A stretch of DNA of 52,671 nt, from the IMG/VR virus record IMGVR_UViG_3300015195_000007, positions 1-52,671 of that record. One strand, 5' to 3'. Below, piece after piece: positions 26,532 through 36,661 of this stretch. A program made the translations under genes and the position numbers. The DNA is from a virus (taxonomy: Duplodnaviria > Caudoviricetes). Every line of letters starts with the position of its first letter. Within the stretch, counting starts at the first letter, position 1. The notes beneath the pieces are model-generated. The model was not told the origin of the DNA, searched no databases, and saw only the letters and a list, made by a program, of their open reading frames with translations.

Positions 26532-26762
26532 CTACGCCGATGAACATGGTCTTCCTTTCGGATGAGTACGTCTCATTCGTTTCTTGATCTCGGGAAGGTG
26601 TAGATTCTTTCGCTCTTCCTCGAAGTATTTGTCATACTCCGCACGATGAGCGTTGACGAGACGTTGCTTAGCCCGTCCCACAGCCCGAGAAGAGACCCTG
26701 GCCTGATCAATGCTGTCAAGAGACCTTTTCTCAGTCCAGGCACCATCATAGCTGGCAGACAT
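26532..26762 (-). CDS. basic hypothetical protein
   Basis: AAGGAGG RBS before ATG at 26762. Confidence 0.5.
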   Translation of the reverse strand: MSASYDGAWTEKRSLDSIDQARVSSRAVGRAKQRLVNAHRAEYDKYFEEERKNLHLPEIKKRMRRTHPKGRPCSSA

Positions 26763-26770
26763 GACCCTCC

Positions 26771-27538
26771 TTATTTGACGCAGGCTTCTCCGACCAGAGC
26801 AACTGAGCATGAAACTGCGGGCGGGGTGGTAGTAGAGCTTTTGTTATGAGAGATGAGATAGAAGCTACTGGCAGCAACTATCAGGGTGATGAAGAATCCG
26901 ACGATACCTAGCACTACGATCACTACTAAACCGATCATCCACTGACTAGTTCCCTTTGTTTCGGTCTGAAGTTCTTTCTTTCCTGCCTGCTCATGCTGCA
27001 AACGCAGCAGCTCATTGAGAATGGTTTGCTGAGGAGTAACCTCGGTCTGTGCTACTCGCTCTCCGGCCTGCTGATACTGCACTCGACGAAGGTCTGCTAT
27101 ATCTACCTTGATCGGATCAACAACAGCCTGGAGGGTGTCCGCAGTTTGGATTCTGGCAGCCTCAAGAGTTACCCGAACCGCATCGGCAGCACTGGTAACC
27201 TGGCCAGCTAGAGTATTCGCTCGTTGTTCAGCCTCTGCCCTAGCCCGCTCGACGTTTCCGGTATCTACCAGCCGGATGGCATCCAAGCGTCCTGTTTCTG
27301 CTTCTCGTAGTTCTTTATAATGACCGGCCCGCATGTCCGCGATCTTTTCTGTGTAGTACGTCTGTATCTCGCGCAGATCATCTAGGCGGGCGACTGCGTC
27401 TGTGACCTTATCAAGAACATTCTTGGTGGGATCCACTACGGGGGTTCCTCTAGCATCTACTCCGGGACCAGCGGAAGAAGCTCCTGGTTCAGGAGCTTTG
27501 AAGTGATCTCCTTTTGTGGGCATTTGGATCCTTCCCAT
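26771..27538 (-). CDS. coiled-coil protein with C-terminal TM helix (possible lysis accessory)
   Basis: Long helical region then WMIGLVVIVVLGIVGFFITLIVAA. Confidence 0.65.
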   Translation of the reverse strand: MGRIQMPTKGDHFKAPEPGASSAGPGVDARGTPVVDPTKNVLDKVTDAVARLDDLREIQTYYTEKIADMRAGHYKELREAETGRLDAIRLVDTGNVERARAEAEQRANTLAGQVTSAADAVRVTLEAARIQTADTLQAVVDPIKVDIADLRRVQYQQAGERVAQTEVTPQQTILNELLRLQHEQAGKKELQTETKGTSQWMIGLVVIVVLGIVGFFITLIVAASSFYLISHNKSSTTTPPAVSCSVALVGEACVK

Positions 27539-27620
27539 CAGAACCTTTCTAGACCCCCATGATCTGTTTGATCAGTGTAACTACCCAGTGTAGCGGCGTA
27601 GCCACCTAGTGTAGCGGAGC

Positions 27621-28313
27621 CTACCCCGGTAGGAGTTTCGCCCTACAATAGTTGAAAGCTGGTCCGATAACGAGATTCTGATTGGCACCACTATCTTGCC
27701 ACACTATTACTTGAAAATAATCACCAACGGCACAATCGAATGCTATTGCGGAGACCTGTATGCTAGGGGCGAATGGAGCACCCGTTACATAAGATGCGAA
27801 TCCTCCCCTGGCAATCTCTACACTATTTTTCCATAACAGGATAAAAAAACTTGTTCCCGATACAGGCGTAGATATGCTCCAGGTAACGCCAGCGGTAAAA
27901 AGATAATCACCAGCGACCCGAACTATGATTACTCCAGAGGCATCACTACGATCCATATTGCATGGATTTACAACGGGAGTATCAAATGCAATCCCGTTCC
28001 AGGCGCTAGGACTGATCACCTGAGCATTTGCTCGATAAGTGAATACCTTTGGAGACACTACTGTAGAAAGTGCTCCAAGAACATATCCGTCACCACCGAA
28101 CCAGACTACCTCAACGACATCTCCGGCGATTGGGTAGTAACTTTCTTGATAACGCAAGCCTAAAGTTTCATTGGGACTTCCCTGTAACTTTACGCCGCAG
28201 TATGGGAAGGGATAGTTAGGGGGATTAGCAGTCTGAGCTCCAGTGCTGACAACACCACGAATCACTTCGAGATCAGGGCGATGAGGGCTTGAGATGATAT
28301 CTTCAAGAGCCAT
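27621..28313 (-). CDS. minor tail protein with C1q/TNF-like C-terminal domain
   Basis: SYYP..GDVVEV..G...VLG N-terminus; W..I.FD, AGDY...AGV, GDYFQVIVWQDSG. Confidence 0.7.
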   Translation of the reverse strand: MALEDIISSPHRPDLEVIRGVVSTGAQTANPPNYPFPYCGVKLQGSPNETLGLRYQESYYPIAGDVVEVVWFGGDGYVLGALSTVVSPKVFTYRANAQVISPSAWNGIAFDTPVVNPCNMDRSDASGVIIVRVAGDYLFTAGVTWSISTPVSGTSFFILLWKNSVEIARGGFASYVTGAPFAPSIQVSAIAFDCAVGDYFQVIVWQDSGANQNLVIGPAFNYCRAKLLPG

Positions 28314-29473
28314 TAGCTTAGTGATCTCTTTCTACAAGTGATGGGCATCTTCTGAGACCCACTAGCGATCAGGGGTATTGTCATCTTATCTATAAACATC
28401 TTGACGTTGCTCAGCCCAGACGCAGCCCTGGTGACCTGGATGATATCTTCTGTCTCGTGAGCGTAGTTTGGAACTATGTTCAAATCGTTAATCTCACTGA
28501 GACCTTTTCCCTTCCTGATTAGCCCTGCGGCCATATCTGTAGCTTGTGCGGTGTAGGCCACTAGATCACTCTGGGTAAAGTTCATGACTTGACCGTATGG
28601 TCCAAGATAGTAGGTGGGGCTTAGAGGATCGTCGTCCCACACAACTGCTCTGGCTGGAGTCAGGCCATAGGTACTAGCTCCGGTGACCGTTTGACCACTG
28701 TAGATGTCTTGATTATCTTGTGATCGACCCATATCTAAGAAGATAGCGTTAACGCCTTCTTGATAAACCCAGGACAATATGTTCGTAGGGTCATTGATGT
28801 CAGGTATCGGCTTGATCACACACCAGCCATCTGCTGCGAAGAAAATCTCGTATCCAATCGAATCCAACATTGCTTGCGCTTCTGTCCACGGATCAGCTTG
28901 TTCATCCAAGACCCTATATGCGGTGACGTGTGTCGTGGGGAAACTGTTCCGTATCTTGATATTAGGCATTCTATTCTGCAACAACGTGATGACAGCATCG
29001 GTCATGTTGATGTTGGGCAACACGATATAAGGCAATCCTGTTATCTTATTTCTACTAACTTGTCTTCCTCGGTCTGAGCCACCTATCTCAATAACGACAC
29101 CGCCAGCCGGACTGTCAACTACATGACTGGTCTGTATGCCGAAGTATCCCTGATCAAATAACTCTGGCTTACCATTGACCATCATTCCGCTGCGGACATA
29201 TAGCTCAGCACCGCTGGTCACACTGAGAAGGCTTGCTCCTGAATCTGGTCTCCAGTATCCTGTAGGATCTACTATTTTCAAGCTGCTCAACGTTCTCCGA
29301 AAACTAGCAGTAGCATCTACTGAGACACTTCCATCGATGACTGAGAACGGATGTGGATTATTTAGATCATCGCTACTAGCCTTGACAATGCCACCCTGAA
29401 GAATCTGCACAACGCTGACCACTTGAAATCCTGTAGTCATCTGTGCTCGATAAGTATCACTCACGTTCCTCAT
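28313..29473 (-). CDS. minor tail / baseplate hub protein (DUF5047-like)
   Basis: DGSVSVD....RR, G.F.I, DR, DP.SPTYY.GPYG; position after the distal tail gene. Confidence 0.75.
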   Translation of the reverse strand: MRNVSDTYRAQMTTGFQVVSVVQILQGGIVKASSDDLNNPHPFSVIDGSVSVDATASFRRTLSSLKIVDPTGYWRPDSGASLLSVTSGAELYVRSGMMVNGKPELFDQGYFGIQTSHVVDSPAGGVVIEIGGSDRGRQVSRNKITGLPYIVLPNINMTDAVITLLQNRMPNIKIRNSFPTTHVTAYRVLDEQADPWTEAQAMLDSIGYEIFFAADGWCVIKPIPDINDPTNILSWVYQEGVNAIFLDMGRSQDNQDIYSGQTVTGASTYGLTPARAVVWDDDPLSPTYYLGPYGQVMNFTQSDLVAYTAQATDMAAGLIRKGKGLSEINDLNIVPNYAHETEDIIQVTRAASGLSNVKMFIDKMTIPLIASGSQKMPITCRKRSLS

Positions 29474-31257
29474 GGAGCGGATACTTCTCTGATGGTATAG
29501 CCAACTTCGTGCAGGTGCCTAACTGGAGCGGTACTGCCTGCATCTGGAGAGCTCATGATTGTCGTGTAAGTTCCGGTATCACCGAACTTCACATACCATC
29601 TACGGCCGAAAGACCAGTCTTCGAGAAGTAACGCTCTGCCACTACCGACCAAAACCCATAGAGAGTTATAGTCAGTCAGAGTACGAGTGCGTATCTTGAT
29701 GGAGCCTTCGATTCCCTTCTGACCATCGCTTGTCCAGATTCCGGTATAGCGTCCCATCCCATCGAAGTTACCCTGCGGTTCTCTGCGACTGAATGTGAAG
29801 GGAGGGATTACTTCTATGGCCAGGTTCATGGCTGGGATCGTTGGGTCTTTCAGACGCCACTTTGATGCAACTAGAAGAGCGGTTGGCACGATTGTAGTCC
29901 AGCTACTGCTAGTCGTCTGTCCTGGTCCAATGATATGAGTAGCCCTAGCTCGGTATAGCACTGGCACCAGTGGAATCGTTTCGTAATCATAGTACAAAGA
30001 CTCTAGATTGACTACTGGTGCCATCACAGTTCCAACAGCCTTGATCGTGCTTGGATTTGCCATCATGTTGACGCCGGTTACGACCTTGACCGGATTTGTC
30101 TTCCCCACGCCTGCTACAATGGATGGTGCTGGACTAGTGATTAATACCGGTCCGCCTGTCACACTGATGAAGCTACCATTACGAACGTAAGCCCATGTGA
30201 CGCCACCGTCGTCACTTCGCTGTAGCTCGAAGTAATCAGAGCTCACAGCACCGCCGCTAGCCTTGAACTTCACTACATAGCAAGCATTGATGGGATCAGG
30301 AATGGCAGAGTTTGTTCCGGTTGTTCCCGGAGAAGGATAGTTCGTGCTGAAGCTAGAATACGCCCAAGACCCCCAGTTTCCATAACTGTTCACACTGCCC
30401 GTACGAACATAGGCACGATAGTTACTAAGATTGAAAAGAGCAGAACCAGTGAAAACACTTTGAGCTGCACTGAAAACAGTACCGCTGTCCCAGGCTGGAA
30501 CACTGGTGTCTGGACTGAATGATGGATCTAAATAGGTTGTATCACTAAATATCTTTACTTGATATCTTTCAAACGCATCGCCCTCCGGATCAATCGCTGT
30601 CCATGTTATCTGAGGGGTAGCAGTAACGGCCGTGCCGTTAGGTCCAGTGACGGTAGTAACCGGCGGAGCATTGTAAACAATATCTAGATATGCCTCATAT
30701 AGTTCATTATTCGTTATTGTCGTGAGCCAGGTACTCGTGTATGTTGAGAAATCTGCTATCATCTCTAGAGAAAAAGGAGAGGTGGTGGTAGGACTAGTGG
30801 GAAAACTTGCAAGAGATGCGTATTCAAATGAAGTACAAGGAGCTGCTGTCATGTTGCTGGTTCCCGCTCCACCGATAGCAGGTTGAGGACCACCAATATC
30901 TGTGTATGGAGCATAATACGTATTAAGATCATCTGGATCCAAGAGCAAAGCTTGAATCATTCCGCTACTCCAGCTCGGATTCGCAGGAGTCCACCATGTT
31001 CCTGATCCAAGAAACTTATGCCGAACTCTCATTGTGACACTTAAAATAATCGATCCGATTGGAATAGGAACTGGATTCCAAAACCATCGAACTTCAGAGG
31101 TATAGGCAGCAGTTCTATCTACGCAAAGCTGAATATAGGCTCCCGCACCGGCAGATCCATTAAGAATATCACCAACAGTAGCGCCTCCGACGAGAGTACC
31201 GTACTGAGCAATGTAACCGCCAGAAGCGGGACGAACTGTTATAGTCTGATTTGCCAT
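29470..31257 (-). CDS. minor tail protein (distal-tail-like, with FnIII-like segments)
   Basis: Immediately follows tape measure; P.ITW..DPEGD, YYDYE.P....YRAR. Confidence 0.7.
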   Translation of the reverse strand: MANQTITVRPASGGYIAQYGTLVGGATVGDILNGSAGAGAYIQLCVDRTAAYTSEVRWFWNPVPIPIGSIILSVTMRVRHKFLGSGTWWTPANPSWSSGMIQALLLDPDDLNTYYAPYTDIGGPQPAIGGAGTSNMTAAPCTSFEYASLASFPTSPTTTSPFSLEMIADFSTYTSTWLTTITNNELYEAYLDIVYNAPPVTTVTGPNGTAVTATPQITWTAIDPEGDAFERYQVKIFSDTTYLDPSFSPDTSVPAWDSGTVFSAAQSVFTGSALFNLSNYRAYVRTGSVNSYGNWGSWAYSSFSTNYPSPGTTGTNSAIPDPINACYVVKFKASGGAVSSDYFELQRSDDGGVTWAYVRNGSFISVTGGPVLITSPAPSIVAGVGKTNPVKVVTGVNMMANPSTIKAVGTVMAPVVNLESLYYDYETIPLVPVLYRARATHIIGPGQTTSSSWTTIVPTALLVASKWRLKDPTIPAMNLAIEVIPPFTFSRREPQGNFDGMGRYTGIWTSDGQKGIEGSIKIRTRTLTDYNSLWVLVGSGRALLLEDWSFGRRWYVKFGDTGTYTTIMSSPDAGSTAPVRHLHEVGYTIREVSAP

Positions 31258-31258
31258 G

Positions 31259-34200
31259 TTATCGTCCGTTCTTCGCTAGTACCTTACGCTCCACACCAGC
31301 CAAGGCTACCGTAACACCCCTGGTCACATGTTCAGCGATAATCTCACTGGCCTTGTCAAGATCTACATTGCTAGCGATACGAGCATCTACTGTCACCGGG
31401 ACCATGTAAGTGACCCTAGTTGGCCCGTCAGCCTGACCTACCGGCTCCCAATGCCGAGTGTTATTCACTGCCATAGTGGTGCTCTTCGGGGGTAGCCATC
31501 CTCCTCGGTCAAACGATACACCGCCCTGACCGTACCAGCCAGCAGACTGCTCATGTGCGAGAGCAGCGTTGGGAGTTCCGTAGCGAGAGGCGATGTAACC
31601 CAGCATCCATGCGATCTGCGTGCCAGGATCACTACCTCCAGCCTTCTGTCCGGCGAAGGGATACTTCGTCGGGGGCAGCGCCTGAGCGATGCCGTAGGCG
31701 GATGACGTGGGGTTCTGGGCAAACTGGTTGAAGCCAGCTTCTCTCATCTCGACAGCGTACAGAGCGGGCCACATTCCACCCCATCCTCTGGCTGCTGCCA
31801 TCTGCTGCATTAGTCTTTGATTATCTCCCAATCCTCCAGATCCCGGAGACTGGGGTGCCCCGACGTCTATGCCACTACTGACGGCAGAGGCAGAGGCGGT
31901 AGCAGTCGCCTGCTGATCAGTGATTCTTTTTGCGGCTACGTCATACAGAGCCTTGCTAGTTTTGATTGTTGGTATGATATTGACCATCTTATTCCCGGCA
32001 GCCATGAAATCTGAGAGAGTCAGCGGAGCTGTGATCCCTCCATCTGCGAAATGATGAACCCCAAAAATCTCAGCTACCCTTGCCAGAAGATCTAAACTAC
32101 CTTTTCTTTTATTTGGAGATAATGGGATATAAGCCTCTCCTCCCGTCTCTGGCTCGCCAAATACACGAAGCCTATGGGTGATTTGGGGAGAATGATCTTC
32201 ATACAATCCTCCTTGAGCATGAGACAATGGTCCCATCGTGGCGCCGTTCGGAAGAATATAATGCCAGTTCCCCGGAGCCACTTCCGTCCATTTCCCCGAC
32301 ACCGTATTCTGGAGCTTCAATCCATAACTATCAAGAATCTTTGAAGCTTTATCAACACCTATGCCTAGCTCATCAGCTAAGGCGGCAGCTCCTTCTTGTG
32401 TATAGGTTCGTATTTGACCAGGAAGATTACTAAAGTTACTTTGAACGATAGCCATGAATGTCTTCGTTCCTAATGCCGCATTGGTCATGAGATCATTGGC
32501 GAATCTTTGCCCAGACACTCCAGAATCTGTTGCCATCTTGTCTACCGCACCAGCGCCGTCCTTTCCCATTTTGATCATTTGATTAGCTACTCCGGGACCA
32601 TATCTTTCTGCTATTGTTTGGATATTCTTCCAGTAGTTTTCTTGATCTGTTATTTGAGTTTCCATCTTCTTCGATAGTTCGTCTAGACCTGTCTTCATCA
32701 TATCCAACCCACTATCAAATGTCGCTGCCGCTGCCGCCGTAGCTGGACCGGCAAGAGTCTTGTTTAGACTATCAGTAGCCGTACCTACCCCAAGGATTGC
32801 TTCCTTCAGGGCGAGCTCTGCAGCCGCTATCACATTAGGCTGGTCAGCTATCTGAACTCGAAGATCTGACAATGCTTGAACCGCAGTGGTAGTGGCATCA
32901 GTATTCGCAGCAACAGTATGAGTGGCGTCGGCCACATTCATCGTGGCCTCGGCTATGTTTCTTTGATTCTGTGGGGTCTTAGATGTAAGATCATTATATT
33001 TAGTCTGAGCATCAATCACGGCGTAGCCAGAGGTACGCACAGCATCCTGAGCCGTGACTAGATCACGAGTAGCCTGTGCGATCTCAACAGGTAGGGCGTG
33101 GTCCTGAGCTAGCTTCAGCTTGTCCTGTGCGACGACCACAGCCGCCACGGCGTCAGCCTGGCCGTTAAGAGTTCCGGTAAGTGCGATTTGAGCTTCGTCG
33201 ATGGTACGGGCTGGTGGCTTCTGAAGCTCTGTAAGAATCTTGGTGGCGTCAGCCAAAGCGTAGACCGACCGAGTCGTAGTTTCGTAACTAAGAGTGATTG
33301 CCCACTGTGCCGCTCTGACGTCTATAGAGAAGTTTTTCTGCTGAGCCACCAGCAGGGCGGCTCTGGCTGTCGTAACAGCCATGATAGCCTTTTGGATGGC
33401 GTACTGTCCCGTGAGAATAACGTCTGGGGTAGCCTTGGCTTGAGCCGTAGTGTTTGCGTTCGCCGCCGTAGCAGCCGCTTGATGAGCAGCAGTGATAGAT
33501 GCAAGTGCATCGGTTGGAGTAGCGTGCCACGCAGAAGCTAGAGTGGTTTGAAGCTCCTTTTGCGAATAGTTCATCGCATCGGTAGCGTCTTGGAGAAAGA
33601 TCTCAGCATCCCCTAAGCTGATAGCTGCACCCGCAGCGTTACCGTAGGTATTCTGAATAGCATTCAGGGCATCTTGTTGTTCTTTGGTTGCTCCGGCAGT
33701 GAGTTTTGTATCTAGTCCTAGGTTGGTTAGGGCTCCGGAGTATTGGGGGAAAATAGATAAAAGTTTTTGATATGTTTTCGTTTGTGCATCTAAGCCCTTA
33801 AATCCAAATCGAGCTTGCATATCAGCATCTTGGGAGAACTTCAATAGGGCATCGCCCGCCGCCTTGACATTTCCACCCGTCACCAAGGCGGCTAGAGCAG
33901 TATCAATAGCTTGCGCTTGTGTTTTCCATTTCCCACCTACTGCCTGAAGCTCAGCGCCGCCACCAAACTTCTGGGCTAATCCTTTGATTCCAGTGGCACT
34001 AATGAAAGAAGATTGATTTATTATGTTGCTAGAGGTTTTTGCTCCAGTAGCAAAATCCATTAGACTACTAGATAGCTCTTTCACCTTTGTATTCGTATGA
34101 GACCAGGCATCATTGATCTGAGCAAGGATCTGGAAAACTGCGATAGCAGTTCCAGCAATCGTCATTGCCTGTCCAAATCTGACTAGATTGGCACTAGCGG

Positions 34201-35791
34201 CTCCACTAGCTTTGTCTAGAATTCCCATGCTTGTAGCGGCACTCTTGAGCCCACCATTGAATCCTGTTATATCCAAAGTTTTCATTGCTAGTTTCATTAT
34301 TGCCCACATAGCCTGGGCACCCTTGATAACACCGCCAAGAACAAGGAGAGCGGCTGATAACCCGGCAACAGTTCCGATAACAGTCTTCACCCAGTCTGGA
34401 GTATCTTTAAGCATTCCCAAGAATCCACCAAGGAAAACGGTAATGAACCCCAGGATGGGAAGGAAGTGACGACCGATCTCAATGCCAACGCCGATCGTAG
34501 CGTTTTTGAAAACTCCTAGCTTCGTATTAACTGATTTTAACTGCTCGTTATAAGCGATGGTAGCAGCGCCCGCTCCATCTGTAGAATGATTCACACCATC
34601 TATTACGCTGGCTAGCTTTTCATTGCTAGTTCCAGTGATGGCAAGAACGCCATTCAAAGCACGAACATTGGGGAACAAATGACTCAGGGCAGTAGCATTA
34701 CCATTCACGGCAGCACTTACAGCCTTGACCGTACCTATGAATCCTATTTGACTTACGGCGGCTCCTACGGTTTCAAATCCCATTAAACGAACTACCTTAG
34801 ACAGATCATTACTTGGCTTGATTACAGCCTTGAAGGTAGCAGCTAGATACGTCGCACTCTCGGCGGCGCTTCCGGTGGCGTTCGCCATAATGGCATAGGA
34901 GGAGATTGTCTCTTTGAGAGATACGCCTGAGTTTCTGGCCAAGGCAATGAAAGATGTTAGCTGACCAGAAAGTTCCTGATAGTTGAACTGCCCCATTTTG
35001 ACGCCAGCCATCAGAACATTGGTCACCATAGCTGCATCACTAGCTGCTAATCCGTAAGCATTCAAAACAGTTACAAGAACACTTGCTGAGGTAGCTTCGT
35101 CACTAAGACCAGCGGCTGCACCTAGAGCTGCCTGTTTGGTGATAGTGATCACATCAGTGAGATTAGTAAATCCAGCACTCGCGATCTTATAAGCTCCCGC
35201 AGCTACGTCTTTGGCTGAGACCGGAAAGTTCTCTGAGATATGAAGCAGCGCAACGCTTAGTTTGTTGTATTGAGGCTCTGAATATCCTAAGAGGCTATTA
35301 ACATCTCTCATCCCTACTTCAAAATCTGCGGCAGCTTTGGTCGCCTTGTATAAGCCACCACCGATTGCTAGACCGAGTCCGATCGCTGCTTTATCAATAA
35401 ATCCTACTCCAAGAACCCCTCCCATCATAGCTCTTGTCATGGTGGTAGCGGCGACCTTGGCAGTATTGATTCCTGCTGTCATCGCTGCTTCTCCAAATGT
35501 TACTGCTATCTTTTGAACTTCTCTTGTTATTATTTTTCCGCCCCAAGCTGCCGCCGTTGCCATCTTGGCGAATGCAAACTCTACTGCCACCTGAAGCTTC
35601 TGAACGGCAGATTTAGGAGCTAACATCGCTAGTGCAGCTCCCGCAGCTATAACGGCGAAGGTAATCAAAACATCCTTCGCCATTTTACCTACAGATGAGA
35701 AGTTCCCCAGTGCCTTGCTCATCTGGTTCATGGGGTTCAAGAACTGATCGCTCTTGGCGACGAAGTTTACAGATACTTGCTGATCAGCCAT
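31259..35791 (-). CDS. tape measure protein with C-terminal lytic-transglycosylase-like domain
   Basis: 1510-aa Ala-rich helical protein; EPETGGEAYIP; REAGFN..AQNPTSSAYGIAQ...YI..RYG. Confidence 0.92.
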   Translation of the reverse strand: MADQQVSVNFVAKSDQFLNPMNQMSKALGNFSSVGKMAKDVLITFAVIAAGAALAMLAPKSAVQKLQVAVEFAFAKMATAAAWGGKIITREVQKIAVTFGEAAMTAGINTAKVAATTMTRAMMGGVLGVGFIDKAAIGLGLAIGGGLYKATKAAADFEVGMRDVNSLLGYSEPQYNKLSVALLHISENFPVSAKDVAAGAYKIASAGFTNLTDVITITKQAALGAAAGLSDEATSASVLVTVLNAYGLAASDAAMVTNVLMAGVKMGQFNYQELSGQLTSFIALARNSGVSLKETISSYAIMANATGSAAESATYLAATFKAVIKPSNDLSKVVRLMGFETVGAAVSQIGFIGTVKAVSAAVNGNATALSHLFPNVRALNGVLAITGTSNEKLASVIDGVNHSTDGAGAATIAYNEQLKSVNTKLGVFKNATIGVGIEIGRHFLPILGFITVFLGGFLGMLKDTPDWVKTVIGTVAGLSAALLVLGGVIKGAQAMWAIMKLAMKTLDITGFNGGLKSAATSMGILDKASGAASANLVRFGQAMTIAGTAIAVFQILAQINDAWSHTNTKVKELSSSLMDFATGAKTSSNIINQSSFISATGIKGLAQKFGGGAELQAVGGKWKTQAQAIDTALAALVTGGNVKAAGDALLKFSQDADMQARFGFKGLDAQTKTYQKLLSIFPQYSGALTNLGLDTKLTAGATKEQQDALNAIQNTYGNAAGAAISLGDAEIFLQDATDAMNYSQKELQTTLASAWHATPTDALASITAAHQAAATAANANTTAQAKATPDVILTGQYAIQKAIMAVTTARAALLVAQQKNFSIDVRAAQWAITLSYETTTRSVYALADATKILTELQKPPARTIDEAQIALTGTLNGQADAVAAVVVAQDKLKLAQDHALPVEIAQATRDLVTAQDAVRTSGYAVIDAQTKYNDLTSKTPQNQRNIAEATMNVADATHTVAANTDATTTAVQALSDLRVQIADQPNVIAAAELALKEAILGVGTATDSLNKTLAGPATAAAAATFDSGLDMMKTGLDELSKKMETQITDQENYWKNIQTIAERYGPGVANQMIKMGKDGAGAVDKMATDSGVSGQRFANDLMTNAALGTKTFMAIVQSNFSNLPGQIRTYTQEGAAALADELGIGVDKASKILDSYGLKLQNTVSGKWTEVAPGNWHYILPNGATMGPLSHAQGGLYEDHSPQITHRLRVFGEPETGGEAYIPLSPNKRKGSLDLLARVAEIFGVHHFADGGITAPLTLSDFMAAGNKMVNIIPTIKTSKALYDVAAKRITDQQATATASASAVSSGIDVGAPQSPGSGGLGDNQRLMQQMAAARGWGGMWPALYAVEMREAGFNQFAQNPTSSAYGIAQALPPTKYPFAGQKAGGSDPGTQIAWMLGYIASRYGTPNAALAHEQSAGWYGQGGVSFDRGGWLPPKSTTMAVNNTRHWEPVGQADGPTRVTYMVPVTVDARIASNVDLDKASEIIAEHVTRGVTVALAGVERKVLAKNGR

Positions 35792-36122
35792 CTGGATTCT
35801 CCACTAGGCTCATGTAAACCCCGGTCATGTCTTCACCTGTCTTCTCGGCTGCCTTTTTCTCTTCCTCCAAGATTTGACAGCCCACACAGGCATTCACCCG
35901 AACGACATATGGATCTGGGAAAACATATCTTCCATTAGCGTCGAGCCAATCTGCAGGTACCGTACCGCAGTGAGGACATTTCTGACCTTCTGCCAGAGCC
36001 CACTGAAGAGCCTTGTCCTGATCTTCATCAGCCCAGCTAAGGAACTCAGAGTGCGGGATACCTTTCGGCACACAATATCCCAGCTCTAGCGCAAACCTCC
36101 AGTCCTGCCTGAGCCTTTTGGG
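35784..36122 (-). CDS. tail assembly chaperone, C-terminal part reached by -1 frameshift
   Basis: -1 frame open from the slippery site: PKRLRQDWRFALELGYCVPKGIPHSEF...CPHC...CVGC. Confidence 0.8.
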   Translation of the reverse strand, partial: PKRLRQDWRFALELGYCVPKGIPHSEFLSWADEDQDKALQWALAEGQKCPHCGTVPADWLDANGRYVFPDPYVVRVNACVGCQILEEEKKAAEKTGEDMTGVYMSLVENPDG

Positions 36123-36661
36123 ATATCAAGGATCCGATGCGTGCTGTTAGCTTCCATCGCACACATGAAAAGAGACATGGTCTCACTAGCTGACCAGTCT
36201 TCTCCTTCCCAAATGTCTTTGATATCTGCTTCGTCAAGGATCGGACTCACAAGACTAGCAGCCAGAAGAGCCGGAGGAAAAGAGTCAGGATTCCAGTTGA
36301 ATTCTCCGTCTCCTTGTTTCTTTGCTTGGGCAACTTGTTCTGGAGTCGGCTGATGATCCATCAGAAGAGTTTCGTATGCTCTCCGACCAATAGATCGGAA
36401 TACGAAGGTTTGGCTCTCTTCGTCTATGGCATCCTTGGCCTCGTTGAATTCAAGCTGGGCGTCTTGCATCTCTGTAATAGCTTGCTCTCTTTCTTCCTTC
36501 GGACGTTGCCTCTTGAGATCTGCCATTTGTTTGGCAGAATCAAGTCTATCCTTGGCTTCGGCAAAACGATCAGCTACTTCAGAATCGTAAGCTATCGTGA
36601 TCCGTTTGATGTTGGGCTGCTTCTTGCCCCGCTTGTAGTCCTGGGGGATAGGTCGGGTCAT
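36086..36661 (-). CDS. tail assembly chaperone
   Basis: F.FRSIGR..YE.L...H.P, N.DSFPPAL.AAS; ATG at 36661 overlaps the tail-tube stop. Confidence 0.8.
   Translation of the reverse strand: MTRPIPQDYKRGKKQPNIKRITIAYDSEVADRFAEAKDRLDSAKQMADLKRQRPKEEREQAITEMQDAQLEFNEAKDAIDEESQTFVFRSIGRRAYETLLMDHQPTPEQVAQAKKQGDGEFNWNPDSFPPALLAASLVSPILDEADIKDIWEGEDWSASETMSLFMCAMEANSTHRILDIPKGSGRTGGLR
36116..36122 (-). promoter_or_regulatory. programmed -1 ribosomal frameshift heptamer C CCA AAA
   Basis: XXXYYYZ site in frame near the end of the chaperone ORF, upstream of tape measure. Confidence 0.8.

Noticed and set aside
27621-31257. Diversity-generating retroelement targeting tail genes
   Set aside because: No reverse transcriptase and no adenine-variable TR/VR repeat pair found
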